Assembly: GCA_027604505.1 (NCBI GenBank)
Contig: JADIIX010000012.1
Span: 62,001 to 126,000, forward strand
DNA: 64,000 nt
DNA from: Gonapodya sp. JEL0774
Taxonomy: Eukaryota
Direction: 5' to 3'
Every line of letters begins with the position of its first letter. Within the stretch, counting starts at the first letter, position 1. A program made the position numbers and the translations under genes. The notes under the pieces are model-generated. The model was not told where the DNA came from. It ran no database searches and saw only the letters and a program-made list of their open reading frames with translations. Positions 27,467 through 40,095 of this stretch are shown piece after piece.

Positions 27467-28982
27467 ATGTTCGCTAAACCTCTTCTGCGTGCCTCTGGTC
27501 AAATTGCGGCCACTCTTGGTGGCTCGTACGTTGTCTCTGAGCACGTCCTCACCGACGAGCGACTCGAACGCGCTGGCGTTTTCCGTGCTCTCGACTCTGC
27601 GCGCGCAGCAGCCAGAGCGACTCTGGGTATGACATCCGTCATTGTGCCCACCATCCATTCATTCTCGACGCCGGATACGGGATTGCATTCCCCGCACTGG
27701 GGTTTCGAATCGGACAAGCTACACAAGACCTACGACCACGCATCGTGAGTGTTATGGATAAAGAGGAAGGAAATGGAGAATATTCTGAGACCGCAAGCGG
27801 TGATGGACTCCAAGAGATCCAGCGCTTATGTGGAGAGAATGGGTCGCAATGTAAGAGCACCATACACAACAGATCGGAAATCTGCTTAGGCTTCCGCAAG
27901 CATTTATCTCTATGCGTTTGCGGATTGTTCGTGTCTTGCACCTGGATCGAGGAGAGCGTCATTCTTGAAAAAGCACTGATTGAATCTCATCTGTCATGCT
28001 TCTTCTCCAGTGTCCGGCGAGGTTACCAGGTCTATAAAGAAGTTTGTGCTGCTTGCCACTCCCTTGAGCGAGTTGCCTTCCGCAACCTTATTGGTGTGAC
28101 CCACACCGAGAGTGAGGCAAAGGCAATGGCTGCCGAGTTCGAGTACACTGATGGGCCCAACGATGTTGGTGAAATGTTCCAGAGGCCAGGGAAGGTGTGT
28201 GTACTTTCTTGCGTGCAAACTTGTTGGTGAGGCCGAGATGTCAATTTCTCGAGCCGGAACATATTTTTTGCTTGGGGCTTTCGAGGAATGTTGCAGCTTG
28301 CAAGCGATGTTGCTATACTTGCCCTCGTATACCTCTTTAATCTTCCCGTTTGCCTCTGTCAGCTCTCGGACTACTTCCCGAAACCCTATCCCAACGAGGA
28401 GGCCTCTCGTGCCGCGAACGGTGGAGCGTACCCGCCAGACTTGTCGCTGATCACGAAGGCACGGCACAGTGGGAAGGTGAGAATAAGTTTCCAGAGGGCC
28501 GGTCTCTAATAAATTACTCAACAGTAGTAGTATTGTTAAACCTGCTCAACCCAAACGACTTGTCAGGACTACGTTTTCTCCCTCATTACGGGCTACTGCG
28601 AGCCCCCCGCGGGCGTATCCATCCGTGAAGGCCTATATTACAACCCCTATTTCCCCGGCGGTGCCATCGCCATGGCCCCCCCTATCTCCGACGGCCACGT
28701 TGACTATGAAGACGGCACAGTGAACCACAAGTCCCAGATCGCGAAAGATGTCGTCGAGTTTTTGGCATGGGCAGCCGAGCCGGAACATGATGAGCGCAAG
28801 AAGATGGGATGGAAGTTCTTGGCGGTCGCGGGCACTGCGCTCGGTCTGAGTTGGTGGTGGAAGAGGTTCAAATGGTCTTACATCAAGACCAGGAAGGTGA
28901 GTCTGAATGAAAGATGGGTTATCTGGCTTTTGTGTTTCATTGGTCTGCTTTTTCCTAGCTCGTGTACAAACCCGTCGAGTAA
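27467..28982 (+). CDS. CYT1: Cytochrome c1, mitochondrial
   Basis: [23 protein letters not shown] (CxxCH), [48 protein letters not shown], then TM and [19 protein letters not shown]. Confidence 0.95.
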
Positions 28983-29220
28983 TCGTCTCCTGCGTCCCCT
29001 ACTCGAACATTTCCAAGTCCATGACTGGCGGTTCGGGGTGTCTTTCACCCACTATAGACTTGTCCTGGGCATTATGAGAGATAGGGATAGCGGCTGATGG
29101 GCATGTGGTGGTTGGAGAGAATATGAGTGTAGTTTACATGAATCAGCTCGCCTAGCCAGCCTGGTGCGTCTGCCCCGCTTGGTACCGCCATTCAAGCTAA
29201 TTTATTTCTGAAAAGGAGGA

Positions 29221-31172
29221 CTAAAGTGCGTGGTCACAAACAACAATTCCTCTGCTCATTACGTTGCCGACAAAGGACCTCGACCTCTTTCCATCAGATA
29301 CGGCGATTGTGGTATCTCCAGCAAGTTTCCCCGGATCATAATACACCATGTCCCATATGATTTCACCCGTGGAGTTTGCGTTGTACTTGAATTTCACGAC
29401 CGCTGGTGAAAAGAACAAGCATTTTGTGGTGACAAAAGCAAAAAGATGTCTGAGTGCTTTTCCAAAACGTACCGGAAGGGGAATTCTTTGAGGGATCGTT
29501 CGGGTTGAAAAAATGCGCAGCAGATGTGTGCAGATTCGGGAATACCCCAACCAGATACTCATCTGTGTTTGGATCGTAGGAGAGGTTATCGACACCGGCA
29601 TTGATAACCTGGGGCGAAATACGTGAAGTTCTTGCATGACTCAAAAATCCTCCCAGTGAAGTCTCCGGTCTCACCAGGTCCGCCCGCTTTGTGAGGTCAT
29701 TGGTCTTCACATCGCGGTCAAAAATGGAGATGGTGCCCGTCCCAAAGTTGTTGACAAGGACGGATTTTCTGTCACCCGAGATAAGAATACCGTTGGCACC
29801 GACAAGACCGTCTGCAACAACACGGCACTGGGGAACATGCTCGCTTAAATCGACTCTTGTTCAAACTTACACCCTCACAAACGCGACTCACCTGGGCTTC
29901 CTGGCAGTGTATGACATTTGTCCAACGGAAAGGCCCGAACATGTCCTAATGTCACCAGAGTTCAGTCACGAGTGTGATTGCGTCAACCGGATGTCCCGGT
30001 GGGCCCCAAGTCCGTGTAAATGCGCGTACCTCAAAAATCCTCAAAAACGTTGGCCACCATGGCCTGATCGGCCTGTACACCCAATTAGCGTACCACGGCC
30101 AGTCAAGAGTGGACAAAAATGTGTGCACCGAGTATCGATGATCGTTGGTGACGTAGAAGGAGTTGCGGCTAGTTGCTGCTACGTCGTTTGGGCTAACAAT
30201 GAGATCGTCTAAGATGATCAGACGGGAAGCAAGTGAAATCATCATCTAAGAATAATAAATAAAATGGAGAATAGTACCACTCACTGCACACAGTCCCGAC
30301 GTGATCCAGCTCATCAGTTCCGAGAAAGTGTTTGAACATTGTCACACAACTTCCGGATCCCCGATGGTTCACAAAGTGGAGCCATACTTTTCCCGGCTCC
30401 TCGTCTTCTTGGTACAAGCTCAGACCGTGCAGGCGAAGGTCGCCGTCATAGTGTTTGAGTTTCAGAGGTGTGAGGGTTGCGGTCTTACGTGGAATACAGA
30501 GATGGAGCGATTCGAGCACGATCATTGTGCAATTAGTGAAATAAGCAATAAAGCAAGCGAATCTATTCATCGAGCGAACCTCTGGGTCGTACTTGTAAGG
30601 TGTATCACGATTGCCGGCTGCATTCTTGTCAGTGCACATTGGGAGGATGGGCGGGAACCACTTCAATCGATTCGTCGGGTCACCTTGATCAACAGCAATC
30701 ACGTTGATATGCTGTTTCGGAGAGCTAAAGAAGACCCCAGGCACCCACCACAAGCCATAAAAACGGTTCCCGAAGAGTGGTGGATTGCCATATCCTCGCA
30801 TCCGCTTACTCTCGGGTCCACCTTGCACCCCTGTGTGCCTTTTTCGAACCCTTCGGGCATGTGCTCAAATTTGAACAAGAAGGCATCCTCTGCGCTCCCC
30901 AGCCTACGAAGAACTGCTGGTCGGGTCAACGGGAAGACCACAAGCACAGTGAAAAGGACGATGGGGGCAATAATGGAGATAATACTGAGACGGAATACTG
31001 TGGGACCGTAGTCGAGGACGTAATCGAGGAAATCAGGTTGATAGTTGGGGGGATAATGTCGGGTCGGTTTTGAAGTTGCCGATGACGGAGCGGTTGCAGT
31101 ATTCGTGTCCGTCTTGGATGAGGACGACGAAGTAGATTGAGCATCGGATCGCTTGGTGGGAGATTCCGCCAT
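29221..31172 (-). CDS. Paraoxonase/arylesterase-like six-bladed beta-propeller with N-terminal TM
   Basis: GCEDMAIH..GTVFMACG, LRLHGLSLY, LHFVNH, SPNDVAATSRNSFYVTNDH, GANGILIS, VDNLSYD. Confidence 0.8.
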
Positions 31173-31352
31173 GGTGAGGATTGCGATTGCGACTTTATGG
31201 TTGACAAGCGCATGAATCGCTGTTCTTTAGTTGTATCATCGCTGAGTATACATGAATGAAAATGATTGAATTAATTGGAATTAAATTCTTAATTGAAGCT
31301 CCCATTATCTCAGGAACAACTAGGACGGGTGGAAAGAGTTGGCAAGTTCCTG

Positions 31353-32094
31353 TTATAGATTATCCAATTCCATTGCTTCGAACATAAAGTCGTCCCCTGT
31401 AAACTCGTATTCGTCGTCAACCGATCCATTGTTGAGCCCCGGGGTAGTAGGCTGGGCTTTTGCTAGATCGCCACGGCGATTGATTTGTGAGAATCCCCAA
31501 TCAGGAACAAGGTCAGCTTCACGGTCCAGAATCGCAAAGGACTGGTCGTGTGCAGGTTGGGTTAAATCGTCTCGATGAGCGTTGAGTCGAGTAACCCGGA
31601 GAATATGCAGGCAGAAGTCGAGCGGGTTCAGGGTAGGTTGAAATGCGACGCAAAGGAACGTGTTGGACTTGACGTCTCGTGAGACAAAAAAAGTTGCCTC
31701 CAAACTGGGTCGCAAGAGGGACATTTTCGCTGCTCGGAAGGCATCTGATTCCAGTGCTATGTCGAGACAGCCTGTTCCGTCATCTCGATTGTCGATTGTC
31801 GAAGTCGAACAGGGAGAAAGACGGGCACACATCAGCACAGCCAAAGTCTTGCCAGGATTCAAACAACAAAAACGGTTTCACTAAGAGCCAGAGTCTCTCA
31901 CCTATAACTGCATGTGTCGGCCCGATATGGGAGGGACCCGCGGTATTGGTTCTGTGTTCAACAGCAACGACAACCCCGCAGATGCGGGCACGATTAGCAG
32001 TTCCTCGGGATTGCGCAACGTCATGTATCAAGAGAGGTGAGTAAGAGAAGCTTGCGGAGCCGGTAATAGTGAGGATTGATGGTCGCTGATTCAT
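31353..32094 (-). CDS. Single OB-fold protein, RPA2/STN1-like, with acidic tail
   Basis: Two exons splice to YSPLLIHDV..RARICGVVVAVE..HAVIDDGTGCLDIAL..NPLDFCLHILRV and end in DDEYEFTGDDFMFEAMELDNL*. Confidence 0.5.
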
Positions 32095-32453
32095 GCGCGA
32101 CACAAATTGCGAAGACACGCAACACAAGCACTTGTGCAAACTCGTTGGAGAAAGATTATGGAAAACGGGGGGTGTCAGAGACGGTTTTTGCAGCTTAGCA
32201 TTGTTCTCCATGTGCTTACATATTGCAGATATCCCATGTCCCCGTCCACTATCGCTGTCTAATATGTTCAGCGGCATACACTTAGGATCAATATCTTTGT
32301 GAAAGCAAAGGAGCATGCTGCTTTCTGAGCTTGGTTCTTTACATAACTGTTCTTCGAAGCTGCGATCGGGCATTCGCTTTGTCTATAAAAGATTCGTCGG
32401 CGTGCTTCTGATCAGAGGGCATGCTACACACTTTCTAGCATGCTGGGTGATAC

Positions 32454-34121
32454 ATGGACAATGATATTCCCCTCAAGTACCTTGCTACAGACCTCGCACA
32501 CCTTGATGAAGCGCTATCCGTCGATAAGGAGAAATGGCGGATACCTGGATGGGACCAGCTCACCCCTCAGGATCGCAAAGAGTGGCTTCGCCCAAGAGAA
32601 CAACGTCGCTTGAAATCGAGCAGTCTGTTCCAATCGCGGCTAGAACAGATCATTACGGAAAGAAAACATGCGAATGACAACGTCCACGAGCATGGAGATG
32701 TTGATGCTGGAGTAAAGCGTAGGGATCGGATCAATCAGATAACTCTCCGTTTCTGCTTATAACAAACTTTGCCGCTCAAACTTCCAGGCCGAAAACTCTC
32801 CTCTCACTCATCGCAAGTCGGTGCGAATTCGTCACTACCAGAACAGGGGGATGGTCCGCAGGCTTCATCAGCTGCCTCCACGTCTCCTGACACCAAACAC
32901 CATCAACTCGATCACAATCGCGAAGCGATCGCGAAGTTCTCTGCATTCCTTGAATCAATTGATAGTGCACCACCCGAGAGCATTAAGGATGAGGATGTGG
33001 CGGTGGAGGTTGAGGCGTTCGCCACTGTGTTTTCAGAGGTGAGGGGTACGGACTTTCACTCCACCTCATTAACCGCCGATTTCAACGGTCCCAATCAGCC
33101 ACTTTCCACCCTCGATCCACCGCTTTCTCTAAATCGTTTACCTACAGATCTTGCACATCGAATTTCAGATTTGCTTCTCACTGGTGCCACTAGTACATCT
33201 CTGGGGTTCTCAGCCAGCGTTACCGTGTGCCAAGTTCTTTTTTGGGGAAGAGTGCGTATGTTGAAGTTTAATCACGAAACATACCTCAAGTCGTCCTCGT
33301 GAAACCCACCTTCCACCGGTCGCTCAGTTTTGCGGATTGCCCCTGCCCCCTGCCTCCACCGTCCAGCTTCGAATCGATCTTTTAAAACTTTGCCGCATTC
33401 GACCAAATGTAGCAATCGACGGCTGCCTTGTACCAGCTTTAACCAGTTCGACGGGTCTTGGTGAGTTGGGGGACCACGGTGTCTCGAAGCAAGCTGCAAT
33501 GACGACAGAATCCAGTTGATTTCAATCAGCTGACACCATGTATTTTGAACACATTGTGAATATCATCCAGTCGCTGAACAAGCCAAGTTTCTGGAACAAG
33601 TGGTGTCGGCCAAGGACGACGGGCTTTCCCCAACAGCTGCCACGACACTAGTCGAGTTCGTAACGTCTCCCAAACTTTCGTCATGTGCTATCTTAGAGGC
33701 TCTGACGATTGTTTGTTCAGGCACCTCGCCCGCCGTTTCGATAAGGCAGGGATTCCGCTCGCAGAGTGGGGAAACTTGCACGCGCAAGTTCTTCGTACGA
33801 TATTCGACAAGTCAGTTGTGACAAGAGCATCGGTGAAAGGTGCCTTTTTCCTCACCTGTTTCTTGAAGCCCCGCACTAACTGCAGCTGCCCCAGCGTTTG
33901 TCTCAGTTCTCGCAGTTTTCCCCGCCGACTTTCGTCGTACACCTCGCTTTGGCTCTTTGGTGCAAAATTTTGTGTCCAACAAGATCCGGCGCCTGGAGAA
34001 CACTACTGGGGATGGGGGTAGCTCCCTCGGAACTGATGTCGTTGAGGGACTCAAAGCGGTTTGCGAGGGGATGCAAAGTGGCATGAAGAAGGGAATTGAA
34101 AAGCTACTGCAAAAACTTTGA
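32454..34121 (+). CDS. FANCE-like helical-repeat protein (multi-exon)
   Basis: Segments LGFSASVTVCQVLFWGR, LLKLCRIRPNVAIDGCLVPAL, EWGNLHAQVLRTIFDK, FRRTPRFGSLVQNFV and terminal MKKGIEKLLQKL* follow the order and pattern I recall for the FANCE C-terminal domain. Confidence 0.5.
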
Positions 34122-34346
34122 AAGATTTTTCCATCACTGCTGTGATGACTGATGAGCATAAGAAATTAATCTGCAGTGCAATGTACACAACCCCTCGATC
34201 GGCATTCTGGTGTATGCACAATGTGAGAACTCAGCCATCATATCACTTCAAAGAATCTCCGTTCACGTTCAATGGTACTGGGATCTCTCTGTTGCAAACA
34301 ATAAAGGCCGTGTTGACTTCGTTGTTTCTTTCCAAAGGGTGATGCT

Positions 34347-34703
34347 TTGCTTGGACTTCATGGTGGATCACAAAGGACACCACCCAGTATAGAAGACGCT
34401 GTTGCTAAGTTCTCAAACAAGCGGGTGATATTCGACATATCCAAAGGAGAAAGTGCCCCTCAGCAAGCTTCATCAACAAACTCAGAACAGGTGGGATGCC
34501 CCTTTATGTGGATTTTAACATTATTCTTCGTCCTGTTCTCACCGGCGATCTTACATCAGGGAGAATTCATCCTCGAATCTGAACTTCCTAAACCGTTTCG
34601 AGTTCTTGGACCGCGCTCGATGGCAACCATGGATTTCAGGTCCAACAGGCTCAACCTTCACGTAGACGAACAGAATTTTGTACGGAATGTTAACTACGGA
34701 TGA
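34347..34703 (+). CDS. Peptidase inhibitor I78-family small protein (start uncertain)
   Basis: C-terminal ESELPKPFRVLGPRSMATMDFRSNRLNLHVDEQNFVRNVNYG* fits the TMDF..RLN..VD signature. Confidence 0.75.
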   Translation: MLGLHGGSQRTPPSIEDAVAKFSNKRVIFDISKGESAPQQASSTNSEQVGCPFMWILTLFFVLFSPAILHQGEFILESELPKPFRVLGPRSMATMDFRSNRLNLHVDEQNFVRNVNYG

Positions 34704-34825
34704 AATAAGAAAATTGACCCTCGAATTCGTGGGCTCTGTGATGGGGTAGCATGTGGCCAATTTCATGTTCATGATAACGTTAGCGAAGTTCCTCATACAT
34801 CCTCTATCCCGCAACGACCCACAGG

Positions 34826-36788
34826 ATGTTGAGGTTCGCTGGAAACGAGGAATCAGAGCCACCGCTTCTCACTGAAGTAAATTCATCGCAACTTCAACTT
34901 GGAGTTTTTCGATCCGCGACATCACCTGTCACGGGAGACAGTAGCGCTCCATGGCGGGTCAGCGAGACTTTCGTTCCGCCGGAAACTCTTGAGTCCCTCA
35001 ATCAGGAAATGGATTCTTTGCTGCAAGCTTATCGGATGGTGCAGGAAGCCGACGAGAACCGGCTGGAGGTGGTTGTAAGAGTAAATGCATTGCGGAACTT
35101 GGCGACGGTGGGTTGAATTCTGGGATCCACTATGGCCAACTGTTTTCGGCGACTAAACACAATTGGGATGTTCCAGGCATGTATGGACGTTTCCCGGATA
35201 GCTTCACGTCTCGCATCCAGCCTTGATGGGCGATCGAGATCCAAGAGTCCTCGACCTCCACTAACCATCTCCGTAAAGGCGCCCGTGAAACGAACCAACA
35301 CAGTCTCGACCCCACAAACTGCTATACCACTCGGCCATGTCAAGCAAGCTCCGCAGACGGAACCGGCTCTGCATCCGAAAGCAGTTGCCCAATCGGTCAT
35401 TTCGAATGTCTCTGGATCTAATGTCGCTGCATCTAATGTCGCGCAGTTTCTCTCCCCTATTCGATATGTAAGCCTGAAATCATTGTCCCTGTGTCTGAAT
35501 GCAAATTGCCTTACTTTTTTTGCACAGGGAACTGTAACCTGCTCCATAGGTCATCCTCCCTGCGGTGAAACCTTCATTTGCTCCTCCGATCCCGTGGGAT
35601 TTGATTCGGATGGCGAGGATGTAACCTATCTCGAGCAAGGAAATAAGAGGGTCGACCATAAGTTTTGTCCGTGGGTGGAACATGTCAGGAACATTCATCG
35701 CGTTCAAGCGTCTCAGCTCGACAAGGAAGTGTCGTACGCATGTCCACTGTGCGAGTTTAGGAGCTCGAGAGACGGGAACGTCTACTCACACTTACTTATC
35801 CAACAACATCATCCACACACCAAACATTTCTTTTGTCCGGTGAGTTGAATTAGCAAGGATCATTTCGTTTACGTGCAGTGGTGACGACAATTGACTTTTT
35901 CCAAATATGAATTGTGTAGGTTTGCAAGGACGCACCCTCCTTCCGTGATAAACATGGTGCCGCACGGCATTTCAAAGACGTGCACGGCAGGGGAGCAAAC
36001 AAACGCAGACGCCGGAAAAAGCATCGTGAACAAAATAACGTGGCCCCCGCTGGCTCGGAATCGGACGCAGATAATAACGGAAGCCGTAGGTACCGCTCAT
36101 TAGTTTTCCGATCGAGTTTGAGGTGCTGATATTCGGCTTCAAACATTATCCAGTACTGGTTGTTTCTCAGGTCAGATCTACGGATGATTTAGACTCAGAT
36201 GCCAGCTCCCGACCATGTAAGGATGTGATTTTCTTTATCAGTTCGCAATCGGTAGGAATGACATACGAACACCCAATTCGGACACGACATCTAGCGTCAT
36301 ACGGTTCCTACACCTCTGGTGAAGAATCTATACCGCGCTCGCTCGTTGGTGCAAGTGGTTCCGTGTCAGAAATCAACAGCATGTATGGGCGGTTCGGCAT
36401 ATCGGAAATGGGTTCCTTCTCCACCTTCTCGCCATCCGACTCCATGTTTTCCGCCGTAAGCAATCCATTTGCAGCTGTAGGTGACTTCTCCCCGCCACCG
36501 GCCACTGGCTTTGACGGTGGCAACTTTATGATTGGTTCCCATATTCCTGGGATGACCCTCTTTGCGGACGATCAAATGCTGGGCCTTGAATCGGGCAACT
36601 TTACCCCCACAGCAACAGTCAGTCCACTTAGACCAACGCCTGCTCGCTCCAGGCACTTGACCTCCATCCACGAGGCTGAACTGGCGTCGGGCTTTGAATG
36701 GAGTCAAACATCAAGTGGAGGAGTTTCTGCAGACTCCTTACCAACATCAGGGGTTGCACTGGGTGATCTGAAACTCTTTGGAGACTAA
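34826..36788 (+). CDS. C2H2 zinc-finger protein / putative transcription factor (multi-exon)
   Basis: YACPLCEFRSSRDGNVYSHLLIQQHH and FFCP|VCKDAPSFRDKHGAARHFKDVH, followed by basic NLS-like KRRRRKKHR and a Ser-rich tail. Confidence 0.65.
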
Positions 36789-37093
36789 AATGGAGCGTGT
36801 GAACTTCTGATTTTGATAGCCGAAGCAGTACTTGTTTGGGAAGCTACCACATTTCTCTGGTTGATTGTCTCGCTTACAGTAATTGTAATTGTAATTGTAT
36901 TGAACGCAATAATCAATAATGTTCTTGTGACAGCCAACAGCTGCAACACAAACAAAGTTTGTTGTATATCTCTGGGTTCTTGCAGTACGACCCGTGATCC
37001 GCTTCTGTTCAAACTCGTTCCAAACATTTTGGCGGAGTATGTACACCGCAGCCTCCAGTGACTCGCTGCGCGTCCGCAATTATCATGAAAGTT

Positions 37094-39630
37094 TCACAAA
37101 ATACGGAACTTCTTCTCAGCCCCACCGTAAACCGGCTCAACCCGTTTGAGTCTCAACAGAGCCGCTACAACACCCATCACTCGAGATTCAGCTGTAGTTA
37201 TGGATGGAAACATTTGGCGTGGTAGAATCGACCGTCGTACGAGAGGAATAAGGTAAAGCGGCAAAAGTGGGTAACTCAAAACCAGGCGGGTCTACCATCA
37301 TTACAGTAACTCACGCATCCCCAGGCACTCAACAAGCTCCTTCATTGGCACCACGTCGAAAATCTTGCGTGGATCAGCCAGCGAAAAGCGCTTGTCGGTG
37401 AGGTACTCATTGATCGCAGCTGCGGCATCGTTGATGAACTTTGAGAGCATAACGAGGGTTGCAAGGCTGAGTGAAATCCGTAAGCTCGCACTCGATTCTC
37501 CACCCAACTCACCTCCATTCCACCATTCATATGTTTTCCAATGTCGTCCATTCGGGATTCCCATTCATCAGCGGTTACTGGCCTGATCTCGGGGTACAGC
37601 GAATCCCCTGACTCCCGCTTGGCCTTGGCATTCGTCTTTTGCTGTTGCTGCTTGTTCTCAGACGCGGGCGGATTAGCGGGGACTGCGACGACAAAGGATT
37701 TAAAGGTTCCTGGTGTGCTTGAAGGAGAAAAGATGTTCGTGGAACGGGACTCTCGCATAGGAATGCGTGACATGGTCCGAGGCTGAGGAATACGCTGAGA
37801 ACGATATGCAGTTGGGGAGGGAGCAGATGCCATTGTCGTGGTCGTACTATGAGATGGCGCGATGTCACAAAAGAGTTCCAGGAGGGTAAAGTTGCGCGGA
37901 TCTCCAGTGAGCTAAGCACGCGGAGTGGATTCCGCAAAGCTCACTCACATGTGTGTGTAATCCTCATCATCGTCATCGTCATCTTTTAGCCCCATCCCCA
38001 GCATCAGCTCGCCGTCCCCACTATCCTCCAACCTCCCCATGCGGACACCAAGATTCATCCAAGACTCCACACCCGCAGTGCCAACACCACTAACAGGGGA
38101 AGATGCACCCTTGTGCACTTCCTCCACCTCTTTGTCGTTCTCTGGTGATTGCATATATGTTGACGGGACAATGGGGTCGGGAGGCGGAGGCGAGGGTGAG
38201 AGAACAGTGGAGAGTTTGGTGGGATTGCGAGCAGGGGTGCGGTCAGCTGAGGAGAATGAGATGACAAGATTATCATTGTCAGGCTTTGATTTCATATGTT
38301 GATGTTCGCTTCCAACAAACAGGAGGATAACGGCACATGCGGTTGGCGAATCCAACCAATTCTCACTCCACACGCGCCGTACCAGATACCAACCGTCTAG
38401 GAGACGTCTGGTGGCCTCGCTCACTTGGGGACTGCCTGGGCTGAAACCTCCTGCGAGTACCAAAGGTACTACGGCTTTCCTTGCCCCCCTGCCCATCCCA
38501 ACGAAGTTTCCACGGGGTGTAGTCGGATCTGGAAACATGTCACTTTTGGGCGGAGTGGGGCTTCTAGATGTGCGCGGGAAGGTGGATGTGGTTGCGGCAA
38601 CAGGTGTCGGTGGGAGGTAGATGGAAGTCGGTGGGACAGGACTACTAGGGCTGTCGGGGGTGCTAGGAGAAGCAAGTGCCGACTCTTGGGAAGGTGATTT
38701 TGGTGTGGATGAGGATGAGGATGGTTTGGATTTTGGGGCGATTTTGGGAATGGGAGGATCTGGAAAGGGAAAATAAAAGTGGAGGGAGCGGGACGGGTCC
38801 AGTTAAATGAGAAGCGACGGTGTGGGTGAGAAACACATGTTCGGTGAGAAGACCCACGTTCCGATAGTGACAAATTTAGTGCTACGAGTGGTGCTGCGAG
38901 GGTCGCGAGGAACTTTGCGAAAGCTGTGTGAGTTCGCGTATTCGAAAACGGAAAGCCATTGTTTCTGTTATCGATGGCTCCCTTCCATCGCTCCCATTCA
39001 TGGACATGCTTGTATGGCAAGCCGTTCCGGCAATTCCCATGACCCAGGTAAAAGAATCCCTTACGGTCACCTCCACATCTCTTTTTTGCAACATACCTTG
39101 TCCTGAACCTCGTTAACAATGTCTGCGAGTCTTGCGAGACGCGCTTCTCCTGGAGAAAGGGCGTCTCCCAGGACTCTGTCTGGGGGCATATCGGTAGCAA
39201 GGTCGGATGCAATGGAGCTCATCGTTGCCAGAAGGTGATCCGTGGCACGGATAGAAGCCATGAGGTGCGCAGACGAGGCGGTATCAAACGAAGCGGAGGA
39301 AAGCCTGGCGAGGAGGGTGTTTTGTCGGTCTTCATTCTGTTCCGTCAACCCGAATTGGCAAAATGCCGGACGACACCGCCACGTTTCTTCCTCCATCCCG
39401 TCCGCCTCCGCACTTCCCCTTTCACTCCCATACTCACGCCAGCTGCACTACTGCGCCTTCTAAGTCGTCGATGCGCCCGTCCATCGCACGCGCACCGCCG
39501 ATACCGCCTCCGCCCCGACCTCGGTCGGTTCTCTCGTCGCTTGACCCGCCATTGACCGACGCTGATCCCCCTCCCTTTACTCGTGCAATACGTCCTCCTT
39601 TCTTGTTTGTGTCGATCGATTGCATCGGGC
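37094..39630 (-). CDS. SKA3/SKA1-like kinetochore protein (tentative; 5' exon structure uncertain)
   Basis: Helical N-terminus and SP/TP-rich disordered middle. Spliced C-terminus: IRPVTADEWESRMDDIGKHMNGGME|FINDAAAAINEYLTDKRF...KELVECLGM|PESRVMGVVAALLRLKRVEPVYGGAEKKFRIL*. Confidence 0.5.
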
Positions 39631-40095
39631 CGTGGGCTGAGAGGGAAAATGGGTTTTGAGGAGAAGATGTTGGGATAGGCCGAAGGCACCGTGCACTTCT
39701 ATATGCCAACGTATTTGTGTGCATTGTGCGGCATGGCTGTCGACCACTTTGCCCTCACTCACGTTTATCCATCACCGAGACTTTAAGAGCATGTGGCTGA
39801 ATTCTCAATGGAGCAGGTTGTGGTCCCTGCTGGCCCTGTAAATACACTACTTGGTGAAAACAAAGCGGCCTCTCCTGATTCTCGAAACACCTTTCAAGAT
39901 AGCTTTAGACGGCGTCCTCAACTACATACTTTTTGACACGATGCAAGCAATAGATGTAAAAGCACGAGTACCGAACCTCCACTTGGTGGTGCACGGCTCC
40001 GCCAATGACACCACGTCATCGCTTCAATTCGCCGCCTTCAGTACCAAAGCCGCATTTCTTCAACTGTGAACGAACAACTTTTTTGTTAGACCAGA

